Source of the DNA: Anaerolineales bacterium | GTDB lineage: Bacteria > Chloroflexota > Anaerolineae > Anaerolineales > E44-bin32 | DNA: 56,671 nt | Assembly: GCA_036803025.1 (NCBI GenBank) | Contig: DAIRVC010000002.1 | Span: forward strand, 1-56,671 | Direction of reading: 5' to 3' | Shown here: positions 17,231 through 25,384 of the stretch, piece by piece | Numbering within the stretch: the stretch's first letter is position 1 | Layout: every line of letters starts with the position of its first letter | Position numbers and translations under genes: made by a program | The notes under the pieces: model-generated | Seen by the model: only the letters and a program-made list of their open reading frames with translations | Database searches by the model: none | What the model was told of the DNA's origin: nothing

Positions 17231-18157
17231 CTAGGTCCTGCCCAGCCGTATCCGGCAGTAGGAGTCGTAGCGTTCGGGGCTGATCCGTCCCGCCTCGACG
17301 GCCGCCAGCACGGCGCAGCCCGGCTCATGCAGGTGACTGCAGTCGCTGTAGGCACAATCGGCCACCAGCTGGCGCATCTCGGGGAAGTACGCGTCCACCT
17401 CGGCCGGCTCGATGTCCCAGAGGTCCAGGGACTTGAGCCCGGGGGTATCGGCCACGTAGCCGCCGCCTTCCAGGGGGATAAGTTCCGGTACGACCGTCAT
17501 GTGTTTGCCCTTGCCGGTCGCCTGCTGCACCTCGCGCGTCGCCAGCCCCAGGCCAGGCTGCACGCGATTGAGCAAGCTGGACTTGCCCACACCGGAAGGG
17601 CCGGCCAGGACCGATAGCTTCCCGGTCAGCACCTGGCGCAGGTCCTCCACCCCCTTGCCGCTCTTGGCTGAGGTGAAGATGACCGGGTAGCCGAGCGCGG
17701 CGTACTCTCCGAACTCGCGTCGGGCGTCGCGCGCCACGACCAGGTCGAGCTTGTTGGCGCAGATGACCGCCGGGAGATTCTGAGACTCGGCCACGACCAG
17801 GAAGCGGTCGAGCATGCGGAAGTTGGGATCCGGGTCGGCGCAGGCGAAGACGAACACCGCCTGGTCCGGGTTGGCGATGATGACCTGCTCGATCTCGCGC
17901 CGGGATCCCCGCCAGGGCAGCGAGGCCTTGCGCGACAACACGCGGCTGCGCGCCTCGATCGACTCGATTGCGCCCGATCCATCCTCCAGCCGGCTGACGC
18001 GCACGCGGTCGCCCAGCGCGGCAACATCCGTCACCCGCCTCGGCTGTTTGAGCCGGCCGCGCAGCTGCGCCACGATCTCGCCATCGGCGGTCATGACCGT
18101 GAAGAAGCCCGATTGGGCGCGGACGATGATGCCGGGCTGGTCGACGCTGGCGGTCAT
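17231..18157 (-). CDS. rsgA: Ribosome small-subunit-dependent GTPase A
   Basis: Circularly permuted GTPase motifs (NKLDL, GPSGVGKSSLLN) and the C-terminal zinc motif CAYSDCSHLHEPGC. Confidence 0.93.
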   Translation of the reverse strand: MTASVDQPGIIVRAQSGFFTVMTADGEIVAQLRGRLKQPRRVTDVAALGDRVRVSRLEDGSGAIESIEARSRVLSRKASLPWRGSRREIEQVIIANPDQAVFVFACADPDPNFRMLDRFLVVAESQNLPAVICANKLDLVVARDARREFGEYAALGYPVIFTSAKSGKGVEDLRQVLTGKLSVLAGPSGVGKSSLLNRVQPGLGLATREVQQATGKGKHMTVVPELIPLEGGGYVADTPGLKSLDLWDIEPAEVDAYFPEMRQLVADCAYSDCSHLHEPGCAVLAAVEAGRISPERYDSYCRIRLGRT

Positions 18158-18163
18158 GCGCGC

Positions 18164-20395
18164 TCAGGGCGAGGGGGTTTCTGCCGGGGCGCCGTCCGGC
18201 CCGGGCGTGGGGGTCTCGGTCCGTCGGACGCCGATCTGCGACTCCCACGGGTAGAGCGCCACCGGCCGGCCGAAGAAGTAAGCCTCGACCACGCGGCGGA
18301 AGATGGGCGCGGCCACCTCTGAACCCTCTCCGCCGTTCTCGACCACCACGGCGACGGCGATATCCGGCAGGTCCTCGCGCCCCTCGAACGTGTAGCCGGC
18401 GAACCAGGCGTGCGGCTCGGCGCCTTCGAAGGTCGTCGCCGTACCGGTCTTGCCGGCAACGTTGATGCGCAACCCCAGAAAGCGGCGCCGGGCCGTGCCG
18501 CGCTCTGCGCGAGCCACCTGGACCATCGCCTCCTGGATGGAGGCCAGATTCTCCGCGCTGACCGGCAGCGTGCCGATCGCCAGCGGCGCACCCTGATAGG
18601 TGACCAGGCCTTCGGCCGTCTGGATGTGATCCACCATGAACGGGCGATAGAGAGTGCCGCCGTTGCCGACCGCCGCCACGAAGCGCGCCACCTGCAGCGG
18701 GGTGACATTGAGTGAAGCCTGGCCGATGGCCAACTGGACCGAATCGCCCGGCGCCCACTCCTCGCCGGTATTCTCCAACTTCCACTCCGGATTGGGCACC
18801 AGGCCGGCCTGGTCGCCGATCTCGATGCCGGTCGACTCCCCCAGCCCGAAGGCGACCATCATGTCGGGCACGGCCGTCGTCAGGCCGCGGTTGTAGAGAT
18901 CCAGCCCGATATGCCAGAAGAAGGGATTGCAGGATCGCTCCAGGCCCTGCATCAATGTCAGCTCGCCGTGATCGGGGAGCTCCTTCTCGACCGTCCAGTC
19001 ATACAGCGTCAAGCCGGGCAGCTCGGTGAACTCCCCATTGCAGACGTAGGTCGTGCTGGGCGTGAAGAAACCCGACTCCAGGGCCGCAGCCATAGTAATG
19101 ATCTTCGACACCGAGCCCAGGGGATACAGGCCATCGGTCGCCCGATTGAGGTACGGCTGGAAGGGGTTCTGACCGGCGGCGGTGATCTCGGAAGACGAGT
19201 TCGGATTCTCGGCGTCGAACATATTCGGGTTGAGATCGGGCGAGGAGACCATCGCCAGAACGGCGCCTGTGTCGCGCTCCAGGACGACGATGGCGCCGGT
19301 GAATTCCGAGATGGCCTGCTCGGCGTAGCGCTGCAGATCGCGGATCAGCGTGGTGTAGACCGCCTGCGGCGGCGAGGGATCGCGCGTGGCCAGTGTGCTC
19401 AGCACTGCGTCGTTCGCGTCGAGGACGTACAACGAGCCGCCCGGCTGACCGCGCAGCTCGTCCTCGTAGACCGCCTCCACGCCGGTGCGCCCGATGAACT
19501 CGTCGCCGGCATAACCGCGTCCCTGATACTCCGTCAGCTCGTCGGCCTGGATCTGGGAGACGTAGCCGACGGCGTGCGCCGCCAGACCGCCGAAGGGGTA
19601 GTAGCGACTCGCGTAGGGTGGATTCCACCAAACGCCACCGGCGGCGGCCAGCGTGTTCTGATAGCGCTGGAACTCCTCCAGCGAGGCCTCCCCCAACGCG
19701 GTGAAGTAATCGGTGAAGCGGAACGGCTCGTAAAGGGCCTGGATGGCTTCCGGCCGCATATCCATCAGGTTCGAGAGCGCCGAGAGCATGTTGGTCTCGG
19801 CCTCCGGGCTGACGATCTGGTTTGGCACCAGGTAGAAGCCGACGACGTCCGTCTGAGCGGCGAAGGCCAGTCCGTCGCGGTCGTAGATGTTGGCCCGCGT
19901 CGGGGTGACGTAGGCCAGGGAGAGCCGGCTGCCGCCGCCCAACTCGGGCAAGATGGCAGCCTCGGTCCACGCCACCCGCCATTGGCCCCCGACCAATGTC
20001 AGTTCGACGGTCGTGTCGCGCGTGATATCGCCCACGACCGTGCTGGTCAGGACGACCCGGTAGGCGACCTGCGCCGCCCGTGGGTTCAGGATGAGCGACG
20101 AGAGGATCTCGTAGTCCACGCCCGAGAGCGCTGCAGCCCGGCGGACCCCTTCGTAGCGCTCGGCGAAGTCCGGCTCGGGGATGCCGTCCTGCGAGAGAGG
20201 GCTGAGCAGGTCGTACATCTGCGCGTAATCCCACGCCTTCCAGGCGTCCAGGAATGCGGCAACCGTCGCTTCGGGATCGGGTGCGGCCACCGAGGTGACA
20301 GCCGGTTCGGGCAGCGTCGCCGGGGTCTGTTCGCCGCTCGACAGTGTGCAGCCGGCCAGGATTACGCTCAGGAGCAGGACGGCGATTCGCTTCAC
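18164..20395 (-). CDS. Class B penicillin-binding protein (transpeptidase) with an NTF2-like N-terminal domain; lipoprotein-type signal
   Basis: Motifs SVSK, SCN and KTGT. The GTG at 20395 is preceded by GGAGGAAG and overlaps the maf stop (GTGA). Signal: LLLSVILAGC. Confidence 0.9.
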   Translation of the reverse strand: MKRIAVLLLSVILAGCTLSSGEQTPATLPEPAVTSVAAPDPEATVAAFLDAWKAWDYAQMYDLLSPLSQDGIPEPDFAERYEGVRRAAALSGVDYEILSSLILNPRAAQVAYRVVLTSTVVGDITRDTTVELTLVGGQWRVAWTEAAILPELGGGSRLSLAYVTPTRANIYDRDGLAFAAQTDVVGFYLVPNQIVSPEAETNMLSALSNLMDMRPEAIQALYEPFRFTDYFTALGEASLEEFQRYQNTLAAAGGVWWNPPYASRYYPFGGLAAHAVGYVSQIQADELTEYQGRGYAGDEFIGRTGVEAVYEDELRGQPGGSLYVLDANDAVLSTLATRDPSPPQAVYTTLIRDLQRYAEQAISEFTGAIVVLERDTGAVLAMVSSPDLNPNMFDAENPNSSSEITAAGQNPFQPYLNRATDGLYPLGSVSKIITMAAALESGFFTPSTTYVCNGEFTELPGLTLYDWTVEKELPDHGELTLMQGLERSCNPFFWHIGLDLYNRGLTTAVPDMMVAFGLGESTGIEIGDQAGLVPNPEWKLENTGEEWAPGDSVQLAIGQASLNVTPLQVARFVAAVGNGGTLYRPFMVDHIQTAEGLVTYQGAPLAIGTLPVSAENLASIQEAMVQVARAERGTARRRFLGLRINVAGKTGTATTFEGAEPHAWFAGYTFEGREDLPDIAVAVVVENGGEGSEVAAPIFRRVVEAYFFGRPVALYPWESQIGVRRTETPTPGPDGAPAETPSP

Positions 20396-21117
20396 ACTTC
20401 CTCCGAGAGGATCTGCGGGTAGACCGGGCAATCGTACCCGGTCTCAGCCCGGCACGCCGCCGGAACATCGACCGGTGGAACATGCCCCAGGCGCCCCATC
20501 GTTCGAACCAGGTGGCAGAGCGGCAAACCCATCACGTTGGCGTAGCAGCCCTTCAACTCGTCGACGGCCACCGGCTGCAGGGGCCGGTCCTGGATGCCGT
20601 AGGCGCCGGCCTTGTCCAGCGGGAAGCCGCCGGCCACGTAGGCGCCGATCTCACGGTCGTCGTAGGCCCGCATCGGCACGTCGGTCGTGCACACATCGAT
20701 CAAGTCGGCACGCGCCCGCGGATCGATCAGCGCCACCGCCGTCACGACGCGATGCGTGCGACCGCGTAGGCGCTCGAGCATGGCTGCGGCTTCGCCGGCG
20801 TCGGCCGGCTTGCCCAGCAACTGGCCGTCGGCGGCGACGATCGTGTCGGCCGCCAGCACCAGCGCCGAGTCGCCGTGCCGCTCGAGGGCGTGGCGGGCCT
20901 TGGTGAGCGCCAGTCGGCGGGCGAGCTCTTCGGGCGACTCGCCGGCTCGGGCCGTCTCGTCGATCGCGATCGGGCGCACCCGAGCCGCCCATCCAGTGAG
21001 GGCCAGCAGCTGCTTGCGCCGAGGCGAGCCTGAGGCCAGCGTGATCAGCGGCACATCTGCCGAGCGGGTGGCTGCCCCGATGTTGTGCGACACATGCTGT
21101 CTTCCAGCCGGCGGCAT
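20392..21117 (-). CDS. maf: Maf-like nucleoside triphosphate pyrophosphatase / septum formation protein
   Basis: Motifs LASGSPRRKQLL and DKAGAYGIQ. The ATG at 21117 sits 6 nt after a TGTTAGAAT -10 (leaderless). An alternative GTG at 21054 would give a canonical N-terminus. Confidence 0.86.
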   Translation of the reverse strand: MPPAGRQHVSHNIGAATRSADVPLITLASGSPRRKQLLALTGWAARVRPIAIDETARAGESPEELARRLALTKARHALERHGDSALVLAADTIVAADGQLLGKPADAGEAAAMLERLRGRTHRVVTAVALIDPRARADLIDVCTTDVPMRAYDDREIGAYVAGGFPLDKAGAYGIQDRPLQPVAVDELKGCYANVMGLPLCHLVRTMGRLGHVPPVDVPAACRAETGYDCPVYPQILSEEV

Positions 21118-21123
21118 GTGCGG

Positions 21124-21170
21124 ATTCTAACATACCGACCCGCGAGGTCCTGCGTCCGGCATGTTAGAAT
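21124..21170. promoter_or_regulatory. Back-to-back divergent extended -10 promoters forming a perfect 10-bp inverted repeat
   Basis: ATTCTAACAT (21124-21133) and ATGTTAGAAT (21161-21170). Each strand reads TGTTAGAAT. Confidence 0.5.
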
Positions 21171-21253
21171 CGCCCGATCTCCAGAGGGGCGGCGCTCGAT
21201 TGCCCTCGGCGCGCATCAATCCCTCGGTGGTCCGAGACGATCGAGGCCCAGGC

Positions 21254-22195
21254 ATGCGCGTTGCCGACCCCATCGATGAGAGGCTGAGAAGCGAAGCCGC
21301 CCCGGCCGGGGCCGGCCTGCTGCCGTACGCTGCGCTGGTCGTGGGCGTCCTCGCCCTGGGCTGCTCGGCTCTGTTCGTCCGCTGGGCAGCTGCCCCGGGC
21401 CCGGTGACGGGCCTGTACCGGATCGCCATCGCCACCCTGGTGCTGACCCCGGCGGCACTGGCCGAGCGCCGTCGGACCGCACGTCCATGGTCCGCGGCGG
21501 GGATGCGCCTGGCCCTCCTGGGCGGCCTGATGTTGGCGCTGGACCTCTCCCTGTGGAACACGTCGGTCAACATGACGACGGCGGCCAACGCGACCCTGTT
21601 CGCCAACACCGCACCGCTGTGGGTGGCCCTCGCCTCCTGGCTCCTCTTCCACGAGAGGCTCAGCGGCCGATTCTGGTTCGCCCTGCTGGTGACCCTCAGC
21701 GGCGCGGCCGCCGTCCTGGGCTCGGACTTTCTGCGTCATCCGACGTTGACCTGGGGGGATGCCCTGGCCCTTGGCGCCGGGGTCTTCTATGGCGGCTACT
21801 ACCTGAGCACCGAGCACGCCCGGCGTACGTTGGGGGCCCTCCCTTACGTCTGGATCATGGGCGCGGCCTGCTCGGTGATCCTGCTGGGGCTCAGCCTGGC
21901 ATTGAGCCTGCCCCTGTTCGGGTATCCCACCCAGACGTACCTGGCCTTCGTCGGCCTGGCCTTGGTGACGCAAGTAACTGGATACCTGGCGGTCGGCTAC
22001 GCGCTCGGCCATCTTCCGGCGGCGTTCGTCTCGCCCACGATGGTCGGGCAACCCGTCGTGACGGCGGTGCTGGCGATCCCGCTGCTGAATGAGCTCCCCA
22101 CCCCGGTCCAGGTTGTCGGCGGCCTGGCGGTCCTGGCCGGGATCATCCTCGTGCACCGCTCGCGCAGCACTGCCTCACGCCCGCCCGGCGCCTGA
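21254..22195 (+). CDS. EamA/DMT-family transporter
   Basis: Polytopic hydrophobic protein with EamA repeats. I chose the ATG at 21254 because the track start at 21161 lies inside the -10 element. Confidence 0.8.
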   Translation: MRVADPIDERLRSEAAPAGAGLLPYAALVVGVLALGCSALFVRWAAAPGPVTGLYRIAIATLVLTPAALAERRRTARPWSAAGMRLALLGGLMLALDLSLWNTSVNMTTAANATLFANTAPLWVALASWLLFHERLSGRFWFALLVTLSGAAAVLGSDFLRHPTLTWGDALALGAGVFYGGYYLSTEHARRTLGALPYVWIMGAACSVILLGLSLALSLPLFGYPTQTYLAFVGLALVTQVTGYLAVGYALGHLPAAFVSPTMVGQPVVTAVLAIPLLNELPTPVQVVGGLAVLAGIILVHRSRSTASRPPGA

Positions 22196-22210
22196 CCGGA
22201 CGCGGCCGAT

Positions 22211-22840
22211 TCATCCATCCGTCGTTCCCAAGTCCATGGACTGTAGCAACCGCTCGAGGTCGGCCCGCGCCTGTTCCGCGGTCCGGAAGTGGATCGCCTG
22301 CATGCCGACCTCCCGGGCGCCGAGCACGTTGACCTCGAAATCATCCACGAAGATCGACTGGGAGGCGTCGACCTGCAGGCGATCGAGGGCCAGCTTGTAG
22401 ATGGCCGGGTCGGGCTTGGCCAGACCGACCTCGGCCGAGATGACCAGCGTATCGAATGCATCGGCGACCCGCCACACCTGCTCGAGGTAGTGACGGATTC
22501 CCGGCCACGCGTTCGAGATCACCCCGGTCTTCAGCCGCGGTCGCAGCGAGCGGATGAACGCGACCAACTCCTGATCGATGCGATCCCCGGCGAAGAAGTC
22601 GGCCGCCAGCTGGTCGCGCTCGCTCTCGTTCAGGCCGAACGACCGCGCCAGATCCCCCCAGATCTGGGCCTCGTCTGCCAGGCCGACCGTCGCCCGCCGC
22701 GCGGGCTCACCCTCGAACACCCTTCGCTCAAGCTCCCCGGCCGGAAGCTGCAGGCGGCGCCGCCACTGCTCGCGCCCGCTCTGATCCTGCGTGCGCAGCA
22801 GCACACCCCCCATATCCCAGAACACGGCACGAATCGTCAT
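22211..22840 (-). CDS. HAD-superfamily hydrolase (subfamily IA)
   Basis: Motifs FWDMGGVL (DxG/DxD type motif I), SNA and VDD. Confidence 0.88.
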   Translation of the reverse strand: MTIRAVFWDMGGVLLRTQDQSGREQWRRRLQLPAGELERRVFEGEPARRATVGLADEAQIWGDLARSFGLNESERDQLAADFFAGDRIDQELVAFIRSLRPRLKTGVISNAWPGIRHYLEQVWRVADAFDTLVISAEVGLAKPDPAIYKLALDRLQVDASQSIFVDDFEVNVLGAREVGMQAIHFRTAEQARADLERLLQSMDLGTTDG

Positions 22841-22848
22841 GGTCGTTC

Positions 22849-23916
22849 TCAGCCCTGGCTGTCCGCCGGAAAGGGAGCGCCGTCAGCCGGATCGAGCGGC
22901 CTGCGCATCAAGAAGAAACGATTGATCGGGCGGAAGCCCAGGCTCTCGTAGAGCCGCAGCGCGCCGCTGGTGTTCTCGCTATCCACGCCTAACGCGGCTT
23001 CCGTCATCCCGCGCGCCCGCAATCCGCGCAGGCTACGCGCCAGCAGGGCGCGGGCAATCCCGCGGCGGCGCCACGGCCGCCGCACGCAGATGTCCTCGGT
23101 GTAGCCGCGCAGTCGATTGTACTCGGCGTTCTCCGTGGCGTTGACAAACGCCAGCACCATCCCGACCACCTGGTCACCCTCCCAGGCCACGCGCCACAGG
23201 CTGGGATCGAACGTCGCTTCGGACCTCCAGCGTTCGTAGTCCTGGTCGCCCATCGGGGTGTACCCCCAATGGTCGCGGAAAGCCTCGTTGTCGGCCTCCC
23301 AGATCCGCCGGTAGTCGGCGGCGATCGCCGGGCGGACCTCGATCCCGTCCGGCAGCGGAAGCTCCGGGATGTCGTCCAGCGTCGGCCGGAGCATCGTGTA
23401 GTCGTAGCGGGCCGGCTGGTACCCATGCCGCATCAGCAAGTCGACGGTGGCGGTCTGTGTCTCGGCGATCATCACCTGGAAGTACTTCTGGATCGACGCC
23501 GGATGCTCCGAAGCGACCTGGCGGAGACGCGCTTCGGTGCGAGCCAGCAGCGCTGCCTCGATACTGTCGCCGCACCATTCCGGCGGCAGCACAATCCGGT
23601 GCGTGTACACGCGCAGCCCGCTCACCGGCTCCTCGCGCCACTCACAGCGCGAGTAGCCAATCACGCCCTCGAGGCCCTCGACCACGGCGACGTCCCGCGC
23701 CAGGTCGCTGTTCTCGAGGTGTTCGTACTGTGTCGCCAGCTCATGGGCGGTCAAGGCGCGCTCGATCCCACCGGCCGCCGCCCAGCGGTTGTAGGCCGCG
23801 GCCATACCGGTGAAGTCCCGCGCCGAGTTCAGGCCGCGCAGCACAACGCCGGGCGCGAGCTCCGTCCGCGGGACGAGGGATGAGGGGATCGTCGCGGGGT
23901 TCATCAGATTGACCAT
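22849..23916 (-). CDS. Two-domain GNAT acetyltransferase (mycothiol-synthase/MshD-like architecture)
   Basis: 355 aa. The C-terminal GNAT domain carries VRRPWRRRGIARALL. RBS GAGAGG. Confidence 0.85.
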   Translation of the reverse strand: MVNLMNPATIPSSLVPRTELAPGVVLRGLNSARDFTGMAAAYNRWAAAGGIERALTAHELATQYEHLENSDLARDVAVVEGLEGVIGYSRCEWREEPVSGLRVYTHRIVLPPEWCGDSIEAALLARTEARLRQVASEHPASIQKYFQVMIAETQTATVDLLMRHGYQPARYDYTMLRPTLDDIPELPLPDGIEVRPAIAADYRRIWEADNEAFRDHWGYTPMGDQDYERWRSEATFDPSLWRVAWEGDQVVGMVLAFVNATENAEYNRLRGYTEDICVRRPWRRRGIARALLARSLRGLRARGMTEAALGVDSENTSGALRLYESLGFRPINRFFLMRRPLDPADGAPFPADSQG

Positions 23917-23943
23917 CGTACACCTCTCACAGCGTCACCGCCG

Positions 23944-23983
23944 GGGCACCCTGCGCACACGCTTCGACGTGCGCAGGGTGCCC
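23944..23983 (-). other. Perfect 15-bp stem-loop between the two GNAT paralogues
   Basis: GGGCACCCTGCGCAC (23944-23958) pairs with GTGCGCAGGGTGCCC (23969-23983), with a 10-nt loop and no U-tract. Confidence 0.6.
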
Positions 23984-24012
23984 GGCGATGGGTCGAACAA
24001 TGCGCGCCGCGA

Positions 24013-25044
24013 TCAAGTGCCATGCAGCGGCCGGCGATAGATCGTTGTCCGGCGGACCGGACGAAAACCCATCCCGGCGAAGAGGCGCATCGTGCCGAAT
24101 GCGTCCTCGACATCGACTTGGCTGGCGGCCTCGTTCATGCCCAGATCGTGCAGAGATGCCAGGCTGCGGGCCAACAGCGCCCTGGCCAGCCCGCGCCGCC
24201 GCCAGGGCCGGCAGACCGTCAACGAATGCAGTCCGCCGCGCCGCCGGCGAAGAGCGGCGTTCTCCTCGGCCGGGATCCAGGGCATGGCCAGGCCGACCAC
24301 CCGATCACCTTCCCAGGCCACCTGCCACAGCTCGGGCTGGCTGGCGGGGTTCTCCAGCCACTCACCGAAGCCGTCCTGGCGGCAGACGACGTGACCCCAT
24401 CGCTCGCGGGCCGCCTGCTCATGCGCCTCCCAGATGGCGCGGTAGTGGTCCGGCTGCGCCCGACGCACCTCGATACCCGCCGGCAGGGCGGCGGCCGGCA
24501 CCTCGTTCAGATCCGGGCGGACCATACCGTATCGGTGCCGCACTGCGGCGTAGCCGTGGCGCAGCAGCAGAACCACCAGGCCGGGTTGCGTCTCGGCGGC
24601 CGTGGCCTGCAGGTAAGCCGATCTCCCGGCGCCCACACGTCCGGCGAGCTCCCGCTGACGGCGATGAGCGCGGTCGAGCATCACGGCGCCCACTCCTCTT
24701 CGACGCGATTCAGGGACCAACGCCCCGAAGTGACGGAAGATCAGGCTCCCGGAGGACTCCCGGCATGCGCGCGTCTGGACGTACCCGACCACTTCTCCAC
24801 GGGCTTCGACGATCTGGAGATCGAAGGTGGGATCGTAGTCGGCCACCGGCCGCAAGGCCTGTTCCCAATCCGCCCGCCCGGCGATGCGATCGATCCGGTC
24901 GGCCGCCAGGCTGCGGCGGAAGACGTCGGCCAGCGCCGGCAGGTCGGCGCGGCCTCGGCAGCCGCGCACCTGCAACCAGGGCGTGGCCGGATGGGCCTGG
25001 CCTGCCAGGGTATCCAACTGTGGGCTGTCGAGTTGAGCATTCAT
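24013..25044 (-). CDS. Two-domain GNAT acetyltransferase, paralogue of 22849-23916
   Basis: ATG at 25044 (MNAQLDS…) with GAGGGAGC upstream. Contains VCRPWRRRGLARALL. Roughly 40-50% identical by eye to the neighbouring gene over the C-terminal half. Confidence 0.82.
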   Translation of the reverse strand: MNAQLDSPQLDTLAGQAHPATPWLQVRGCRGRADLPALADVFRRSLAADRIDRIAGRADWEQALRPVADYDPTFDLQIVEARGEVVGYVQTRACRESSGSLIFRHFGALVPESRRRGVGAVMLDRAHRRQRELAGRVGAGRSAYLQATAAETQPGLVVLLLRHGYAAVRHRYGMVRPDLNEVPAAALPAGIEVRRAQPDHYRAIWEAHEQAARERWGHVVCRQDGFGEWLENPASQPELWQVAWEGDRVVGLAMPWIPAEENAALRRRRGGLHSLTVCRPWRRRGLARALLARSLASLHDLGMNEAASQVDVEDAFGTMRLFAGMGFRPVRRTTIYRRPLHGT

Positions 25045-25094
25045 CGACCTGCTCCCTCGAGCCACGCGACGTCCCCCAGCCCGACCGCAAACGC

Positions 25095-25120
25095 ATCGGC
25101 CGCAGGATCCTGCGGCCGAT
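25095..25120. promoter_or_regulatory. Perfect 26-nt palindrome (operator or second hairpin)
   Basis: ATCGGCCGCAGGATCCTGCGGCCGAT is its own reverse complement. It lies between the terminator and the GNAT start. Confidence 0.4.
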
Positions 25121-25162
25121 GGGGAAAACAAAGGCCGCGGGCGCTGGAGGGCGCCCGCGGCC
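25121..25162 (-). terminator. Rho-independent terminator
   Basis: Minus strand: GGCCGCGGGCGC-CCUCCA-GCGCCCGCGGCC (12-bp perfect stem), followed by UUUGUUUUCC. Confidence 0.7.
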
Positions 25163-25183
25163 GGTACGTCAAGCGACGACTGT

Positions 25184-25282
25184 CTAACGGCCTTTTGGCG
25201 CACTCCGAGAAGGCACAGCACCGCCGATCCCCATCGGGGGCCGGCTGCGAAGCGCCTTCAAGCTAGTCAGGGCGAAGACCAT
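25184..25282 (-). CDS. Candidate 32-codon sORF (MVFALTSLKALRSRPPMGIGGAVPSRSAPKGR). It may instead be a structured non-coding leader or sRNA.
   Basis: AAGGGAGG lies 8 nt upstream of the ATG, with its own promoter upstream and a terminator downstream. No homology recognised. Third-position GC is lower than in neighbouring genes. Confidence 0.3.
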   Translation of the reverse strand: MVFALTSLKALRSRPPMGIGGAVPSRSAPKGR

Positions 25283-25312
25283 TAGACACACCTCCCTTGA
25301 GATGACAGAGAC

Positions 25313-25341
25313 ACTCTACAAGAACCGTCGGCGTGAGTCAA
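25313..25341 (-). promoter_or_regulatory. Sigma70-like promoter TTGACT-N17-TAGAGT
   Basis: On the minus strand: -35 at 25341-25336 and -10 at 25318-25313. It lies 44 nt downstream of the hom stop. Confidence 0.55.
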
Positions 25342-25384
25342 GAGGCAATTTGCTGAGAACGGGCCGGGAGCACTGGATGGGTTC

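Noticed and set aside
17325-20483. Alternative-frame and antisense ORFs over rsgA and the PBP gene (17325-18785 -, 18999-20483 -, 18911-20422 +)
   Set aside because: The translations are Arg/Pro/Gly-rich. The chosen frames carry GTPase and SxxK/SxN/KTG motifs.
21161-21253. Track start codon ATG 21161 for the second EamA transporter
   Set aside because: This ATG is part of the TGTTAGAAT -10 element, so it would lie upstream of the TSS. The encoded 31 residues are not transporter-like.
23988-25266. Plus-strand ORFs of 399 and 414 aa opposite the second GNAT paralogue and across the leader cassette
   Set aside because: They are extremely Arg/Pro/Gly-rich. They also run across a strong minus-strand terminator and promoter, and the minus-strand GNAT has clear motifs.
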